Counted from the stretch's first letter, positions 1-11,194 are shown. The stretch: 32,000 nt of DNA from Candidatus Arthromitus sp. SFB-rat-Yit (GCF_000283555.1 NC_016012.1:390001-422000), one strand, 5' to 3'. The notes: a model not told the origin generated them from the letters alone. Translations and numbers: made by a program.

Positions 1-2
1 TT

Positions 3-671
3 TTGTCATTATCGTTATTTATTTCTGCTAATATAGCTAGTTTAATATATAAAAGTAGTACATATGAAAAGTTAGAAATTAATTTTAATAACGAAGATAA
101 TAAAACTATAGTTAAAGATAGTGAAAAAATAGGAGAGGAGAAGATGGAAAATTACTCTAAGACTTTATTGAGTAATAACATAGTGTTATTTCAAGGGGGG
201 GTATTTAATGATTTGGATAATGCGGAAGAATTCAAGAAAAAAATTGATAATAAAACACTATCGAGTATTGTAAATGATGGAAAGTATGAAAGAGTAATTT
301 TGGGTATATCTTATAAGGATAATTTTTTAGATATGGTAGATTTTTTAAAGAGTAATAATATTCAATTTGTAAAACAAGTTTATAAAATACCTGTTAACGT
401 TGAGTATAATGAAGAAATTTTAAAAATCTTAGAAGCATTTTCCGATTTTATTTTAGAAGAGGGCAAAAATATTTTAAAGGATAAGGTAGATATAACGAAA
501 CTTAAAGAGGTTACTAGCACTTTGGATGTAGACTATGGTAAAAGGGGATCTTATGAACTGTTTAATGAGTTGAAAGAATCAATACTTGATTTAGAAGATA
601 GTGCAGAAAGAGAAGAATTAGAAAGTATATTTAATCTCATATATTTAAGTTTTGCTAATTATAAGTCATAG
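3..671 (+). CDS. Uncharacterised protein, probably truncated at the window edge, with a hydrophobic N-terminal segment
   Basis: Open frame reaching the left window edge. Protein starts SLSLFISANIASLIY (possible TM segment) followed by a soluble alpha/beta-like region. No recognised motif. Confidence 0.6.
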   Translation: MSLSLFISANIASLIYKSSTYEKLEINFNNEDNKTIVKDSEKIGEEKMENYSKTLLSNNIVLFQGGVFNDLDNAEEFKKKIDNKTLSSIVNDGKYERVILGISYKDNFLDMVDFLKSNNIQFVKQVYKIPVNVEYNEEILKILEAFSDFILEEGKNILKDKVDITKLKEVTSTLDVDYGKRGSYELFNELKESILDLEDSAEREELESIFNLIYLSFANYKS

Positions 672-829
672 TGTAAAAAAGTGTATAATTTTGCAAAAAT
701 ATATCCATTAATGTTTATTTATGCTTGTTAAAATTATTTCTAAATGATAAAATAATAATTAAATTTTGTGCTTTATACTACGTTAACATAAAGTGATGTT
801 CTGCCAATTTTATCTAGTTATACAAAAAA

Positions 830-844
830 ATACAAAAATTGTAT
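830..844. repeat. Small perfect inverted repeat ATACAA-AAA-TTGTAT upstream of mreB
   Basis: Direct reading; could be chance in AT-rich DNA. Confidence 0.3.
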
Positions 845-985
845 ATGAATTGAATAATAATAAATAAAAATGTAACAATATTTAAAGAAATAATGTGATA
901 GTGTTCTATGTAGAAATAAAAATATAGTTGTATTTTATTGAATTAAGTTTTATTAAGAATGATTGTTTTATTTGAAAGGAGATAA

Positions 986-2008
<1,023 letters not shown>

Positions 2009-2015
2009 GAATGAA

Positions 2016-2858
2016 ATGAAGTTTATAAAAAATAAAATAAATCTTATAATATCATTATTAGTAATAATTATGATAGTTCTTATATTGTTTTCTTCTCAGA
2101 GAAGTAGTAAATCATATATTGAAGGTGTAACAGGAGATATAATGAATCCTGTACAGAAGGTTATATATAGCGTATCTAAATATATATCTGATACATATTA
2201 TGGTATGATTCATTATTCAGAGTTAACAAATAAAGTTAAGGAATTAGTTGAAGAAAATGGGGAATTAAAATCTAAAATTATTGATTATTCTGGATTAAAG
2301 GAAGAAAATGATAAATTAAGAGATGTACTAAATTTAAAAGATAGATTAGAAGATTACACATTTATAGGAGCTAATATTATAGGAAGAAATGATGTACATT
2401 CTAATAATTACATAGTGGATGTTGGTATGGATGATGGACTTGAGAAAGGTATGATAGTTGTTGCTAATGGAGGTCTATTTGGAATGATTACATCCGTATC
2501 TAGTAATTGGAGCATTGTATCTCCTATTAATAACGGAAGTATATCAATAGGAGGTATAGTTAAGAGAACCAATGGGAGCAATGGGATAGTGAAAAAATAC
2601 AAAAACTCTGTAGGAAATTATGTTTTTAAAATGGAGTATTTACCTATAGATGAAGATGTAGTTGAAGGGGATATTATAATTACTTCTGGTTTAGGGGGAG
2701 TATACCCATATGGAGTAGTTATTGGGGAAGTTATATCTATAGAAGATGACAAGAGAAATTTGAGTAAAAGTATATTAATCAAATCGCATGTAGATTTTGA
2801 TTTTGTAAATAACCTGTTTATTGTAACTCCAAAGAATAAATATAAGGTAGAATATTGA
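2016..2858 (+). CDS. mreC: Rod shape-determining protein MreC
   Basis: N-terminal TM, coiled coil, GRNDVHSNNYIVDVGMDDGLEKGMIVV MreC-type beta domain; position between mreB and mreD. Confidence 0.93.
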   Translation: MKFIKNKINLIISLLVIIMIVLILFSSQRSSKSYIEGVTGDIMNPVQKVIYSVSKYISDTYYGMIHYSELTNKVKELVEENGELKSKIIDYSGLKEENDKLRDVLNLKDRLEDYTFIGANIIGRNDVHSNNYIVDVGMDDGLEKGMIVVANGGLFGMITSVSSNWSIVSPINNGSISIGGIVKRTNGSNGIVKKYKNSVGNYVFKMEYLPIDEDVVEGDIIITSGLGGVYPYGVVIGEVISIEDDKRNLSKSILIKSHVDFDFVNNLFIVTPKNKYKVEY

Positions 2859-2862
2859 TAAA

Positions 2863-3354
2863 ATGAGATTTGTGGTATTATTTGTTTTATCTGTATTTTT
2901 TTTCATATTAGATATATCATTAATCCCTATTATTGCTACAAATGGCGTATATACGAGTTTGGCTAACATATATTTTCTTATGTGCTGTATGAATATTGAA
3001 AAACATGAAGTTGTGTATTTTTCTCTTATTATAGGATTTTTTCAAGATATTTTTTTTACTAATGGATTTGGTTTTAATATATTTTTAAATATTAGTTTAG
3101 GTATATTATTTTATTATGTGGCTATGAAATGCAATAAAAATAAATATTTTTTATCTGTATCAATTATATCTATATTTTCTGCACTTAGAAGCTTGATTAC
3201 AAGTATATTTTTAAGTATATTTTTAGGTATAGGTATTAATTGGTTATATTTGATTTATGAGTTAATTCATATATTTATTTTTTCAGCCTTCATATATTTA
3301 TTATTAAACAAAATGTTTAAAGGGAAACTATTTAGGAAGTCATTAGAATTTTAA
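2863..3354 (+). CDS. mreD: Rod shape-determining protein MreD
   Basis: 163 aa polytopic membrane protein with MreD-like FFQDIFFTNGFGFNIFLNISLG; synteny. Confidence 0.9.
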   Translation: MRFVVLFVLSVFFFILDISLIPIIATNGVYTSLANIYFLMCCMNIEKHEVVYFSLIIGFFQDIFFTNGFGFNIFLNISLGILFYYVAMKCNKNKYFLSVSIISIFSALRSLITSIFLSIFLGIGINWLYLIYELIHIFIFSAFIYLLLNKMFKGKLFRKSLEF

Positions 3355-3371
3355 TTAATGGAGGGATTAAG

Positions 3372-6173
3372 ATAAATATAAAACATAGAAGTAGTACAGA
3401 TTATAGATATTTGGTAATTATTATATCTATGTTTGTACTTTTTTTTATTATAATAATTAGATTATTTAACCTTCAGATTTTAGGATTTGAAGAAAATTTA
3501 AAATTAGCTACCTATTATTCCCAAAGACAAGTATCGATAAGAGCATCCAGGGGTGAAATATTAGATAAAAATGGTGAAATTCTTGCTACTAATGTTGAAA
3601 GTTATATATTAGAATATTCGAGTATAAATAATAACGATAGTTTTTTTGATGTGATTACGGAAGTATTAGATATATTGGATAAAAATGGTGAAGATTTATA
3701 TAATACTTTTGAAATAAAAGTTGATCCTTTTAGATTTGAATTTTCGGGTATGTCCGATTCAGAAGTACGAATAAAGGAGCTTAGATTTAAAAATGATAGA
3801 GGATATTATGAAAAGTTAAAAAGAAACTATTTTGGATCTATTAGAGATTTAACGGATAATCAAAAAAGAGAGTTAGAAGATAATATTATAAATATAAAAG
3901 CAGAAGATATGTTTTATGATCTTGTTAAAGAATATGACTTATATAAATTATTAGATAATCAAAATGAAATGAAGTCTAGATCTGGAAAAGAAATATATGA
4001 TGAATTAATTAAAAAGTTTACTGCTAAGCGTATAAGGGATTATGTTTTCATAAAAGACAGCATTAAGATGAATAGTTTTTCGGGATTTAATCCTATAATA
4101 TTAGCAATTGATTTAAATAAAGAAACGGCTTTTGAAATAATGCAAAAGGAAGTTATGTTAAGTGGAATTACAGTTTCACCTAGATCTATAAGGTATTACC
4201 CGGAAGGAGAATTTGCATCTAGCATTATAGGGTATATAGGTTCTATAGATGACTCTCAAAAAGAAAAGTATCAAAAAGAAGGTTATAATACTTCTTATGA
4301 TACAATTGGTAAAGCTGGTATAGAATCTATATTTGAGTCTAGTTTGAGGGGGAAACATGGAAGTAATATTATAAAGGTTGATAATAATGGAACTAAAAAA
4401 GAAGATATTATGCAAATTGATCCAATAGCTGGAGATAATATTTATTTAACTATAGATAAAAAATTACAAAAAGTAACTGAAAGAGCTTTAAATGATGTAA
4501 TGCTTGGTTTGCAAAACACAGGTAATAAACATGGAACAGGACTTGATACTAGTAATGCAACACGTGGTGCTGCTGTTGTTATTGATGTTAATAATGGAGA
4601 TGTACTATCATTAGTTTCATTACCCAATTATGATCCTAACGTATTTATTAATGATGAAAATATGACATCTGAGATAAGAGAGAAGTATTTTGCAACAGAC
4701 CTTAAAAATTTTGGAGAAAAATACATAGAGGATAGGAAATTAGATGTAAATGTAGATGAATTATTTCCATTATTAGACAAAAACGATCCAAATAGTTTAA
4801 GGGAAGATCCAAATGATATATATCCTAAAGTGTTTTTTAATTATGCTACACAAGGTTTAATACCACCAGGATCTACATTCAAACCTTTAACGGCAATAGC
4901 TGCACTTGAAGAGGGGGTTGTTACTCCTAATGAAACTATAAAAGATAATTTAGTATTTGAGGCTTATAATAACAAATGGACAAATCTTGTTAATTATACA
5001 CTTGGAGATATTGATGTTAGAGATGCATTAAGATCATCAAACAACCATTATTTTTATCAAGTTGCGTATAGAATGTATAATCAAGAAGGACTTTCAAATA
5101 AAGAAGGATTGGATATATTAGCTAATTGGGCATGGCAATTTGGATTAGGTAGACCTCCCAACACAACAAATTATGTTTCTACAACAGGTATAGAATTAAT
5201 AGAGACTACGGGTCAAATATTTAATTTACAAAGCATGAAATCAAATATAGTTGCGTTATCAACATACAATATAATAGATATTTTGAATAAAGGAGAATTT
5301 GGAAGATATACATTTAAACCTATAGATATATCTAAAAAAACCACTGATAGTGAAAAATTATCAAAATTAAAGAAGGAAATTAAAGACCTTGTAAAGAACA
5401 TATTAAATGAAGATTTGCCAATAGATGTAGATAAAGAGATATTAAATGAGAGAATAGAGTATTTAAATTCAAATTTAAATACGTTATTTTTAGATATAGT
5501 TAATTATTATAATGAAGAGTTTAATACTGAGTATATAGATGAAGATGTTAAAAATATGACTAATGCAATAACAGAATATACGATGTATTCGTTAAGAACT
5601 GAAATTTATACACCAGGGAATGTAATAAATGCTTCTATAGGTCAGGGAATGAGCTTGTTTACACCTATACAGCTTGCTAATTACATCGCAACTATCGTTA
5701 ATGGAGGCATAAGATATAAATTAAATTTGGTAGATAAGATAGTGGATATTAATAATAATATGGTTAAAGAGTATAAACCGGAAATATTAGACAAAGTTAT
5801 TTTAAAACCTGAAAATGTGGATGCTGTAATAGAGGGTATGAGGAGAGTTACTAGAAGTGGTAGCACTGCGAGTGTTTTTACTAATAATCATTATTTTCCT
5901 ATTGAAACAGGTGGTAAAACGGGTACTGCAACGTTTAAAGAGAATGGTATGCAAGAAAAAGTTGGTAGAGCAGCATATGGAGTATTTGTTGGATTTGCAC
6001 CTATAGATAATCCAGAAATAGCTGTATGTGTAGTAATATATGATGGTGGTCATGGGTATTTCAGTTCTTATGTAGCTAGAGCAATATTTGAAGCGTATTT
6101 TAAGGATGAATTACAAAAAAATTATCCAAAATATGTTCCGATGTTTCCTTACGCATATACTTTAATGGATTAA
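3372..6173 (+). CDS. mrdA: Penicillin-binding protein 2, transpeptidase of the elongasome. The track start is TTG 3411; a non-canonical AUA start at 3372 is proposed
   Basis: SxxK (STFKPLTAI), SxN (SSNNHYF) and KTG (KTGTATFK) motifs; PBP dimerisation region; mre/min synteny. The start position is uncertain (3372 or 3411). Confidence 0.93.
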   Translation: MNIKHRSSTDYRYLVIIISMFVLFFIIIIRLFNLQILGFEENLKLATYYSQRQVSIRASRGEILDKNGEILATNVESYILEYSSINNNDSFFDVITEVLDILDKNGEDLYNTFEIKVDPFRFEFSGMSDSEVRIKELRFKNDRGYYEKLKRNYFGSIRDLTDNQKRELEDNIINIKAEDMFYDLVKEYDLYKLLDNQNEMKSRSGKEIYDELIKKFTAKRIRDYVFIKDSIKMNSFSGFNPIILAIDLNKETAFEIMQKEVMLSGITVSPRSIRYYPEGEFASSIIGYIGSIDDSQKEKYQKEGYNTSYDTIGKAGIESIFESSLRGKHGSNIIKVDNNGTKKEDIMQIDPIAGDNIYLTIDKKLQKVTERALNDVMLGLQNTGNKHGTGLDTSNATRGAAVVIDVNNGDVLSLVSLPNYDPNVFINDENMTSEIREKYFATDLKNFGEKYIEDRKLDVNVDELFPLLDKNDPNSLREDPNDIYPKVFFNYATQGLIPPGSTFKPLTAIAALEEGVVTPNETIKDNLVFEAYNNKWTNLVNYTLGDIDVRDALRSSNNHYFYQVAYRMYNQEGLSNKEGLDILANWAWQFGLGRPPNTTNYVSTTGIELIETTGQIFNLQSMKSNIVALSTYNIIDILNKGEFGRYTFKPIDISKKTTDSEKLSKLKKEIKDLVKNILNEDLPIDVDKEILNERIEYLNSNLNTLFLDIVNYYNEEFNTEYIDEDVKNMTNAITEYTMYSLRTEIYTPGNVINASIGQGMSLFTPIQLANYIATIVNGGIRYKLNLVDKIVDINNNMVKEYKPEILDKVILKPENVDAVIEGMRRVTRSGSTASVFTNNHYFPIETGGKTGTATFKENGMQEKVGRAAYGVFVGFAPIDNPEIAVCVVIYDGGHGYFSSYVARAIFEAYFKDELQKNYPKYVPMFPYAYTLMD

Positions 6174-6191
6174 TTTTTGGAGGGAAGTTTT

Positions 6192-6830
6192 ATGGATAGC
6201 AATGGAGTTAAAATTAGGGGTATTAAAGAAGGATTAGAGATAATATTTGATGATGAAAGATATACATATGATAAATTAGCTGTTGAGTTAATAGATAAGA
6301 TGAAAGGAAATTTAAGATTTTTTCGAGAATCTTCTATAAAGCTTATTATAGATTTTAATAAAATTGACAATGATATTCTTAAAGATATAAGGGAATTTTT
6401 TGAGAAGGATTTAAACGTAAAAGAATTTACATTAGAAGACAAAAACAGTTACTATATAGAAAATAGTACATATTTTAGTGGGATTGATGAAGGAAAGACG
6501 AAATTTATATATAAAACAATTAGAAGCGGTCAAAAAATATTTTTTAATGGGAATATAGTTGTGATAGGGGATGTAAATAGTGGCGCTGAAGTTATATCTA
6601 CAGGTAATATAATAATTTTAGGTGAACTTAAGGGTAGAGTACATTCAGGATTTAATGGAAATGATAAAACAATAATTGCAGCATTTAAATTATCTCCAGA
6701 AATTTTACAGATAAGTGATATTGTTTCCACATCTCCGGATGGAGATAATCCAAGATATCCAGAAGTAGCTAAATTAAAAAATGGTTGTATTGAGGTAGAG
6801 CCATATAGTATAAATAAATATGTATATTAG
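6192..6830 (+). CDS. minC: Septum site-determining protein MinC (start refined from 6177 to ATG 6192, because the SD GGAGGG lies inside the track ORF)
   Basis: C-terminal beta-helix: VVIGDVNSGAEVISTGNIIILGELKGRVHSG; adjacent to minD. Confidence 0.93.
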   Translation: MDSNGVKIRGIKEGLEIIFDDERYTYDKLAVELIDKMKGNLRFFRESSIKLIIDFNKIDNDILKDIREFFEKDLNVKEFTLEDKNSYYIENSTYFSGIDEGKTKFIYKTIRSGQKIFFNGNIVVIGDVNSGAEVISTGNIIILGELKGRVHSGFNGNDKTIIAAFKLSPEILQISDIVSTSPDGDNPRYPEVAKLKNGCIEVEPYSINKYVY

Positions 6831-6909
6831 CAAAAAATTCCATATTTAATTTATAATATATTAATTAAATATTTAATATTATAACGATATAGTTAGTGGG
6901 AGGTACATT

Positions 6910-7701
6910 ATGAGCGAATCAATAGTTATAACGTCAGGGAAAGGTGGTGTTGGTAAAACTACAACAACTGCAAATATTGGAACTGCACTTGCTTCTTTTG
7001 ATAAAAGTGTAGTGGTTGTTGATGGTGATACAGGGTTACGGAATTTAGATGTATTAATGGGATTGGAAAATAGGATTGTATATACATTACTGGATGTTAT
7101 TGAAGGTAAGTGTAAGCTTAAACAGGCAATAATAAAAGATAAGAGATTTAATAGTTTGTATTTATTACCTACAGCTCAGACTAGAGATAAAAATGATATA
7201 ACGACTAAACAAATGCAAAAGTTAGTTAATGAGTTAAAGCAAGATTTTGACTATGTTTTAATAGATTGTCCAGCAGGTATTGAACAAGGATTTGAAAATG
7301 CAGTTATAGGTGCTGATAGAGCTATAGTTGTAGTTAATCCTGAAATAACATCTGTTAGAGATGCTGATAGAGTTATAGGTAAATTAGATGCAAAAGGGTT
7401 AGATAGACATCAATTAATAATTAATAAGTTAAATTATTCTATGACTAAAAAAGGTGATATGTTAGATGTAGATGATATAATGGAAACTTTATCTATAAAG
7501 TTATTAGGAGTTGTACCTGATGATAAAAATATAACTATATCTACTAATAAAGGTGAGCCTGTGGTGTTGTCGAATAAATCTAGAGCTGGCAATGCTTATA
7601 TAAATATTGCGAAAAGACTAATGGGAGAAGAAGTTCCATTTATGAATTTAGTAGAGAGTAATAATATACTAAAATCATTGATTAATATATTTAAGAAATA
7701 A
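6910..7701 (+). CDS. minD: Septum site-determining ATPase MinD
   Basis: Deviant Walker A SGKGGVGKTTTTANIG; C-terminal amphipathic helix NILKSLINIFKK. Confidence 0.98.
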   Translation: MSESIVITSGKGGVGKTTTTANIGTALASFDKSVVVVDGDTGLRNLDVLMGLENRIVYTLLDVIEGKCKLKQAIIKDKRFNSLYLLPTAQTRDKNDITTKQMQKLVNELKQDFDYVLIDCPAGIEQGFENAVIGADRAIVVVNPEITSVRDADRVIGKLDAKGLDRHQLIINKLNYSMTKKGDMLDVDDIMETLSIKLLGVVPDDKNITISTNKGEPVVLSNKSRAGNAYINIAKRLMGEEVPFMNLVESNNILKSLINIFKK

Positions 7702-7721
7702 TATGAGTGGGGGCGACATAA

Positions 7722-7985
7722 TTGATTAGATTACTGCATAATAGACCTTTACCAAAAGACATCGCTCGAGATAGATTGAAAGTTATAATAATAAATGACA
7801 GAGAGGGAATAACACCATATATTTTAGATATAATTAGGAGTGAGATATTAACAATAATTTCGAAATATATTAATATTGATACAAATAAGGCTACGTTTGA
7901 TTTGATTAATAATTCGTATAATGATAATAAACAAAATCACTCTTCGTTAGTAGCAAAAATTCCTTTATATAGAAATAGTAAGTAA
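7722..7985 (+). CDS. minE: Cell division topological specificity factor MinE
   Basis: ARDRLKVIIINDREG motif typical of MinE; TTG start with SD GGGGG; follows minD. Confidence 0.9.
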   Translation: MIRLLHNRPLPKDIARDRLKVIIINDREGITPYILDIIRSEILTIISKYINIDTNKATFDLINNSYNDNKQNHSSLVAKIPLYRNSK

Positions 7986-7997
7986 AGGTGGATTTTA

Positions 7998-9098
7998 TTG
8001 AAACATATTTTATTTAAGTTTCGGCAAACTAGGAAAATTGACTTTATTCTTTTAATTAGCGTTATAATTTTATGTTTATATGGAGTAATAAATATATTTT
8101 ATGCTACTAATTTTAGTTCGGCAAGAAAGCAATTATTATTTGTTGTTATATCGTGCATTACTTTATATATAATATTATTTATAGATTATTCTTATATTAA
8201 AAAAATTATTCCTATTATTTATTTTTTTAATATAGGTTTATTGATATTTACTAAATTATTTAGTGATAAGATTAATGGAGCTAATGCATGGATACAAATA
8301 GGTAATTTCACATTACAACCTGCAGAGTTTATGAAGATTTCTTTAATATTGATGATCTCAAAAACTATAGATGAGAGTAGCGATAAAATAAATGATAAAA
8401 AATATATGTATAAATTGGCATATTATATTTTATTACCATTGATTTCTATTATTATACAGCCTGATATGGGTATGACTATAGTTTGTTTTATAATGAGTAT
8501 AGGAGTGCTATTTATATCCGGTGTAAATATAAAAATATTTTTTGCAGGTTTACTTTTGAGTATATTTTCTATTTTATTGGTCTGGGATACTAACTTATTA
8601 CCTGAATATTGGAAGAGTAGGATTGTATCTTTCTTAAATCCTTCATTAGATTCTATGGGAAATGGATTACAAGTTTCTCAATCAAAAATAGGAATAGGTA
8701 TAGGTGGAATTATTGGTAGAAACGGTAATAGTAGCTATGTTTCACAGTTTGTACCTGAGCCTCAGAATGATTTCATATTTTCTATTATAGGTGAATATTG
8801 GGGGTTTTTGGGTTCGATTTTATTGTTAATTGTATATGTGATTATAATAATTAGAATATTGAAAATAGCTCGTTCAGCTAAAGATAAGTTTGGTGAATTA
8901 TTCTGTATAGGTATGGTTTTTTATATTTTGTACTCTGTATTTCAAAATATAGGTATGACTATAGGATTGATACCAGTAACTGGAATTAATTTACCTTTTG
9001 TAAGTTATGGAGGTAGTTCTATATTAAGTAATATGATAGGAATTGCTATAGTTTTAAATATTAATATGAGGAAACAGAGTATAGTTTTTGTAGATTAG
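7998..9098 (+). CDS. rodA: SEDS-family peptidoglycan glycosyltransferase RodA
   Basis: SEDS features NGANAWIQIG, LQPAEFMKI, and GLIPVTGINLPFVSYGGSS; downstream of mrdA-minCDE. Confidence 0.93.
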   Translation: MKHILFKFRQTRKIDFILLISVIILCLYGVINIFYATNFSSARKQLLFVVISCITLYIILFIDYSYIKKIIPIIYFFNIGLLIFTKLFSDKINGANAWIQIGNFTLQPAEFMKISLILMISKTIDESSDKINDKKYMYKLAYYILLPLISIIIQPDMGMTIVCFIMSIGVLFISGVNIKIFFAGLLLSIFSILLVWDTNLLPEYWKSRIVSFLNPSLDSMGNGLQVSQSKIGIGIGGIIGRNGNSSYVSQFVPEPQNDFIFSIIGEYWGFLGSILLLIVYVIIIIRILKIARSAKDKFGELFCIGMVFYILYSVFQNIGMTIGLIPVTGINLPFVSYGGSSILSNMIGIAIVLNINMRKQSIVFVD

Positions 9099-9160
9099 TA
9101 ATTATATTATATATTTAAAATATATTTATATAAAATAATTAATATATTTTAGGTATCTTT

Positions 9161-10012
9161 ATGAACTATTTCAAAATGCTAAAAAAATTTTTACTTATTC
9201 TATTGCATAATTTATTTATAATAGAAAGTTATGAATATGTATTATTTTCGTTAATGGCTATATTTATACATGAAATTGCACATTTAGTGTTTTTGAAATC
9301 AAATAGAACATGTAATATTAAGCTAGATTATAATATATTAGGTTTTAATATAAAACTAGATAATGATGGGATATCGGATAATAAATTGATAATGACTTAT
9401 TGTATAGGAAGTTTATCGAATATATGTTTAGGAATATTGCTGATATTAGTACAAATATTATTTAGTGTGACTATATTCGAAAAGTTTATTATAGTAAATT
9501 TAATTATTGGATTTATTAATTTTTTACCTGCATTTCCGTTAGATGGATCAAATATACTAAGGATTATTTTGTTTAAAGTTACTAATTATAAAGTATCAAA
9601 TATTATAAGTATTTATATTAGTTATTTAATAGGTTTTGGTTTATTAATTTATGTATTTATTTTTAATTACTTAATAGGATTTAATATTAATTATTTGATT
9701 TTATGTATAATTATATTTTTAAGTACATCTACTGAATTTAATAAATTTAATAAATTTAATAAATTTAAGGTTAATAATAAATTTAAGGTTAATAATAAAT
9801 TTAAGTGTAAAGTTACTGTAATATCATTTGAGTTATTGGATAGAACAACATTGATTGATATTATTAAATTATATATTAAGTATGATATAACTATATTTTA
9901 TGTTGTTAATATGGAATCTGAAATTATAGTATTATATGTAAAAGATGTTATTGAATATTATAAAATATATGGTAATATAAGCATTTTGGAATTCTATAAA
10001 TATTTAACTTGA
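9161..10012 (+). CDS. M50 site-2-type membrane metalloprotease, SpoIVFB-like
   Basis: HEIAH zinc motif (AIFIHEIAHLVF), second motif FLPAFPLDGSNILR, C-terminal CBS-like region; position between rodA and rplU as is common in clostridia. Confidence 0.8.
   Translation: MNYFKMLKKFLLILLHNLFIIESYEYVLFSLMAIFIHEIAHLVFLKSNRTCNIKLDYNILGFNIKLDNDGISDNKLIMTYCIGSLSNICLGILLILVQILFSVTIFEKFIIVNLIIGFINFLPAFPLDGSNILRIILFKVTNYKVSNIISIYISYLIGFGLLIYVFIFNYLIGFNINYLILCIIIFLSTSTEFNKFNKFNKFKVNNKFKVNNKFKCKVTVISFELLDRTTLIDIIKLYIKYDITIFYVVNMESEIIVLYVKDVIEYYKIYGNISILEFYKYLT
9735..9809 (+). repeat. In-frame tandem repeats: 9-mer AATTTAATA x3 followed by an 18-mer AAATTTAAGGTTAATAAT x2 plus a partial copy
   Basis: Direct reading; encodes FNKFNKFNKFKVNNKFKVNNKFK inside the M50 protease. 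Confidence 0.9.
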
Positions 10013-10059
10013 ATTTACTGTTTTAAGATAATTTTGATATTATTTTGGTAAAGTGGTAT

Positions 10060-10230
10060 TGAATGGATATTTAAGACCACTTTTTAAATTTTTTATTTTG
10101 TGAATTAGGTATTTAATTAGGTTGCATAATATAAGGGAATATGCTATAATTAAGTATATATCCGCACTTATTTAGGTTTTTTAAAATGTACTACCTAATG
10201 AGGCGAGTCTTAGTTTATTGAGGAGGATTT
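10060..10230 (+). promoter_or_regulatory. Candidate structured 5' leader of rplU (L21-leader-like), including hairpin TTAGGT(10172-10177)/ACCTAA(10193-10198)
   Basis: About 220 nt gap before rplU with a local perfect 6-bp inverted repeat and a further GCATA/TATGC pair. L21 leaders are known in Firmicutes; boundaries are a guess. Confidence 0.4.
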
Positions 10231-10236
10231 TTAGTG

Positions 10237-10548
10237 ATGCACGCTATTATAGAAACGGGTGGAAAACAGTATAGAGTTAAAGAAGGAGATACTGTATATA
10301 TTGAAAAATTAGATTTGGATGCAAATTCATCTAGTGAGTTTAATAGGGTATTGGCTGTGTTTGATGATAATAGCACTAAAATTGGCAGCCCATTTGTAGA
10401 AGGGGTTAAAGTTAAGTTTACTGTTGTTGCACATGTAAAGGGTAAAAAAATAATTGTTTTTAAATATAAGGCTAAGAAGGACTATAGGAGAAAAAATGGT
10501 CATAGGCAACCATACACAAAGATTATAATTGATAAAATTGAGTGTTAA
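10237..10548 (+). CDS. rplU: 50S ribosomal protein L21 (GTG 10234 is an alternative start)
   Basis: [25 protein letters not shown] ... [24 protein letters not shown]. Confidence 0.98.
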   Translation: MHAIIETGGKQYRVKEGDTVYIEKLDLDANSSSEFNRVLAVFDDNSTKIGSPFVEGVKVKFTVVAHVKGKKIIVFKYKAKKDYRRKNGHRQPYTKIIIDKIEC

Positions 10549-10551
10549 TTA

Positions 10552-10899
10552 GTGATAAATGTAGAATTGATATATAATGAAGATAAACTTTTTGGATTTA
10601 AGGTTTATGGTCATTCGGGATATGATGTATCAGGAAGGGATATTGTTTGTGCTGCAGTTTCTTCTGTTACGCAGAGTGTTATAGTTGGATTAGATAAGGT
10701 TATTTGCAATAAGTTTTATTTACGTATTGATAATAAAAAACCATTAATTCATGTTGATGTATCTAATTATAATGAAGAAGATATGGAAAAGGCACAGATA
10801 CTGTTACAAACTTTTAAATATACACTAAAAGAATTAGTTGATGAGTATAAGGATTATGTAAAAATAGAAATGAAGGAGGATAAAAAGGATGAAATTTGA
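10552..10899 (+). CDS. prp: Ribosomal-processing cysteine protease Prp
   Basis: [24 protein letters not shown] active-site signature; located between rplU and rpmA. Confidence 0.93.
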   Translation: MINVELIYNEDKLFGFKVYGHSGYDVSGRDIVCAAVSSVTQSVIVGLDKVICNKFYLRIDNKKPLIHVDVSNYNEEDMEKAQILLQTFKYTLKELVDEYKDYVKIEMKEDKKDEI

Positions 10900-11176
10900 T
10901 ATTCAATTGTTTGCATCTAAAAAAGGTGTAGGTAGTTCTAAGAATGGTAGAGAGAGTCATTCAAAGAGATTAGGAGTTAAAAGATCAGATGGTCAGTTTG
11001 TTTTAGCTGGTAATATATTGATGAGGCAAAGAGGTACTAAAATACATCCAGGTTTTAATGTAGGATTAGGTAAAGATCATACTCTTTTTGCAAAAGTTGA
11101 TGGTGTTGTGAGATTTGAGACATTTGGTAAAGATAGAAAAAGAGCTAGTGTTTATCCAATTGAAGTTACTATATAG
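10889..11176 (+). CDS. rpmA: 50S ribosomal protein L27 with a cleavable N-terminal extension
   Basis: [31 protein letters not shown]; overlaps the 3' end of prp. Confidence 0.98.
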   Translation: MKFDIQLFASKKGVGSSKNGRESHSKRLGVKRSDGQFVLAGNILMRQRGTKIHPGFNVGLGKDHTLFAKVDGVVRFETFGKDRKRASVYPIEVTI

Positions 11177-11194
11177 ATTTAAATTGTTTGTTTA

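Noticed and set aside
4176-6053. Series of short minus-strand ORFs inside mrdA
   Set aside because: Low-complexity shadow ORFs opposite a well-supported PBP2 frame.
5802-6053. Plus/minus overlapping small ORF candidates in the PBP2 transpeptidase region
   Set aside because: The conserved KTGTATF and GFAPIDNPE residues are on the mrdA frame; the alternative frame is compositionally random.
9735-9809. CRISPR-like array in the M50 gene
   Set aside because: Adjacent 9- and 18-bp repeats without spacers and in coding frame: simple tandem repeats, not CRISPR.
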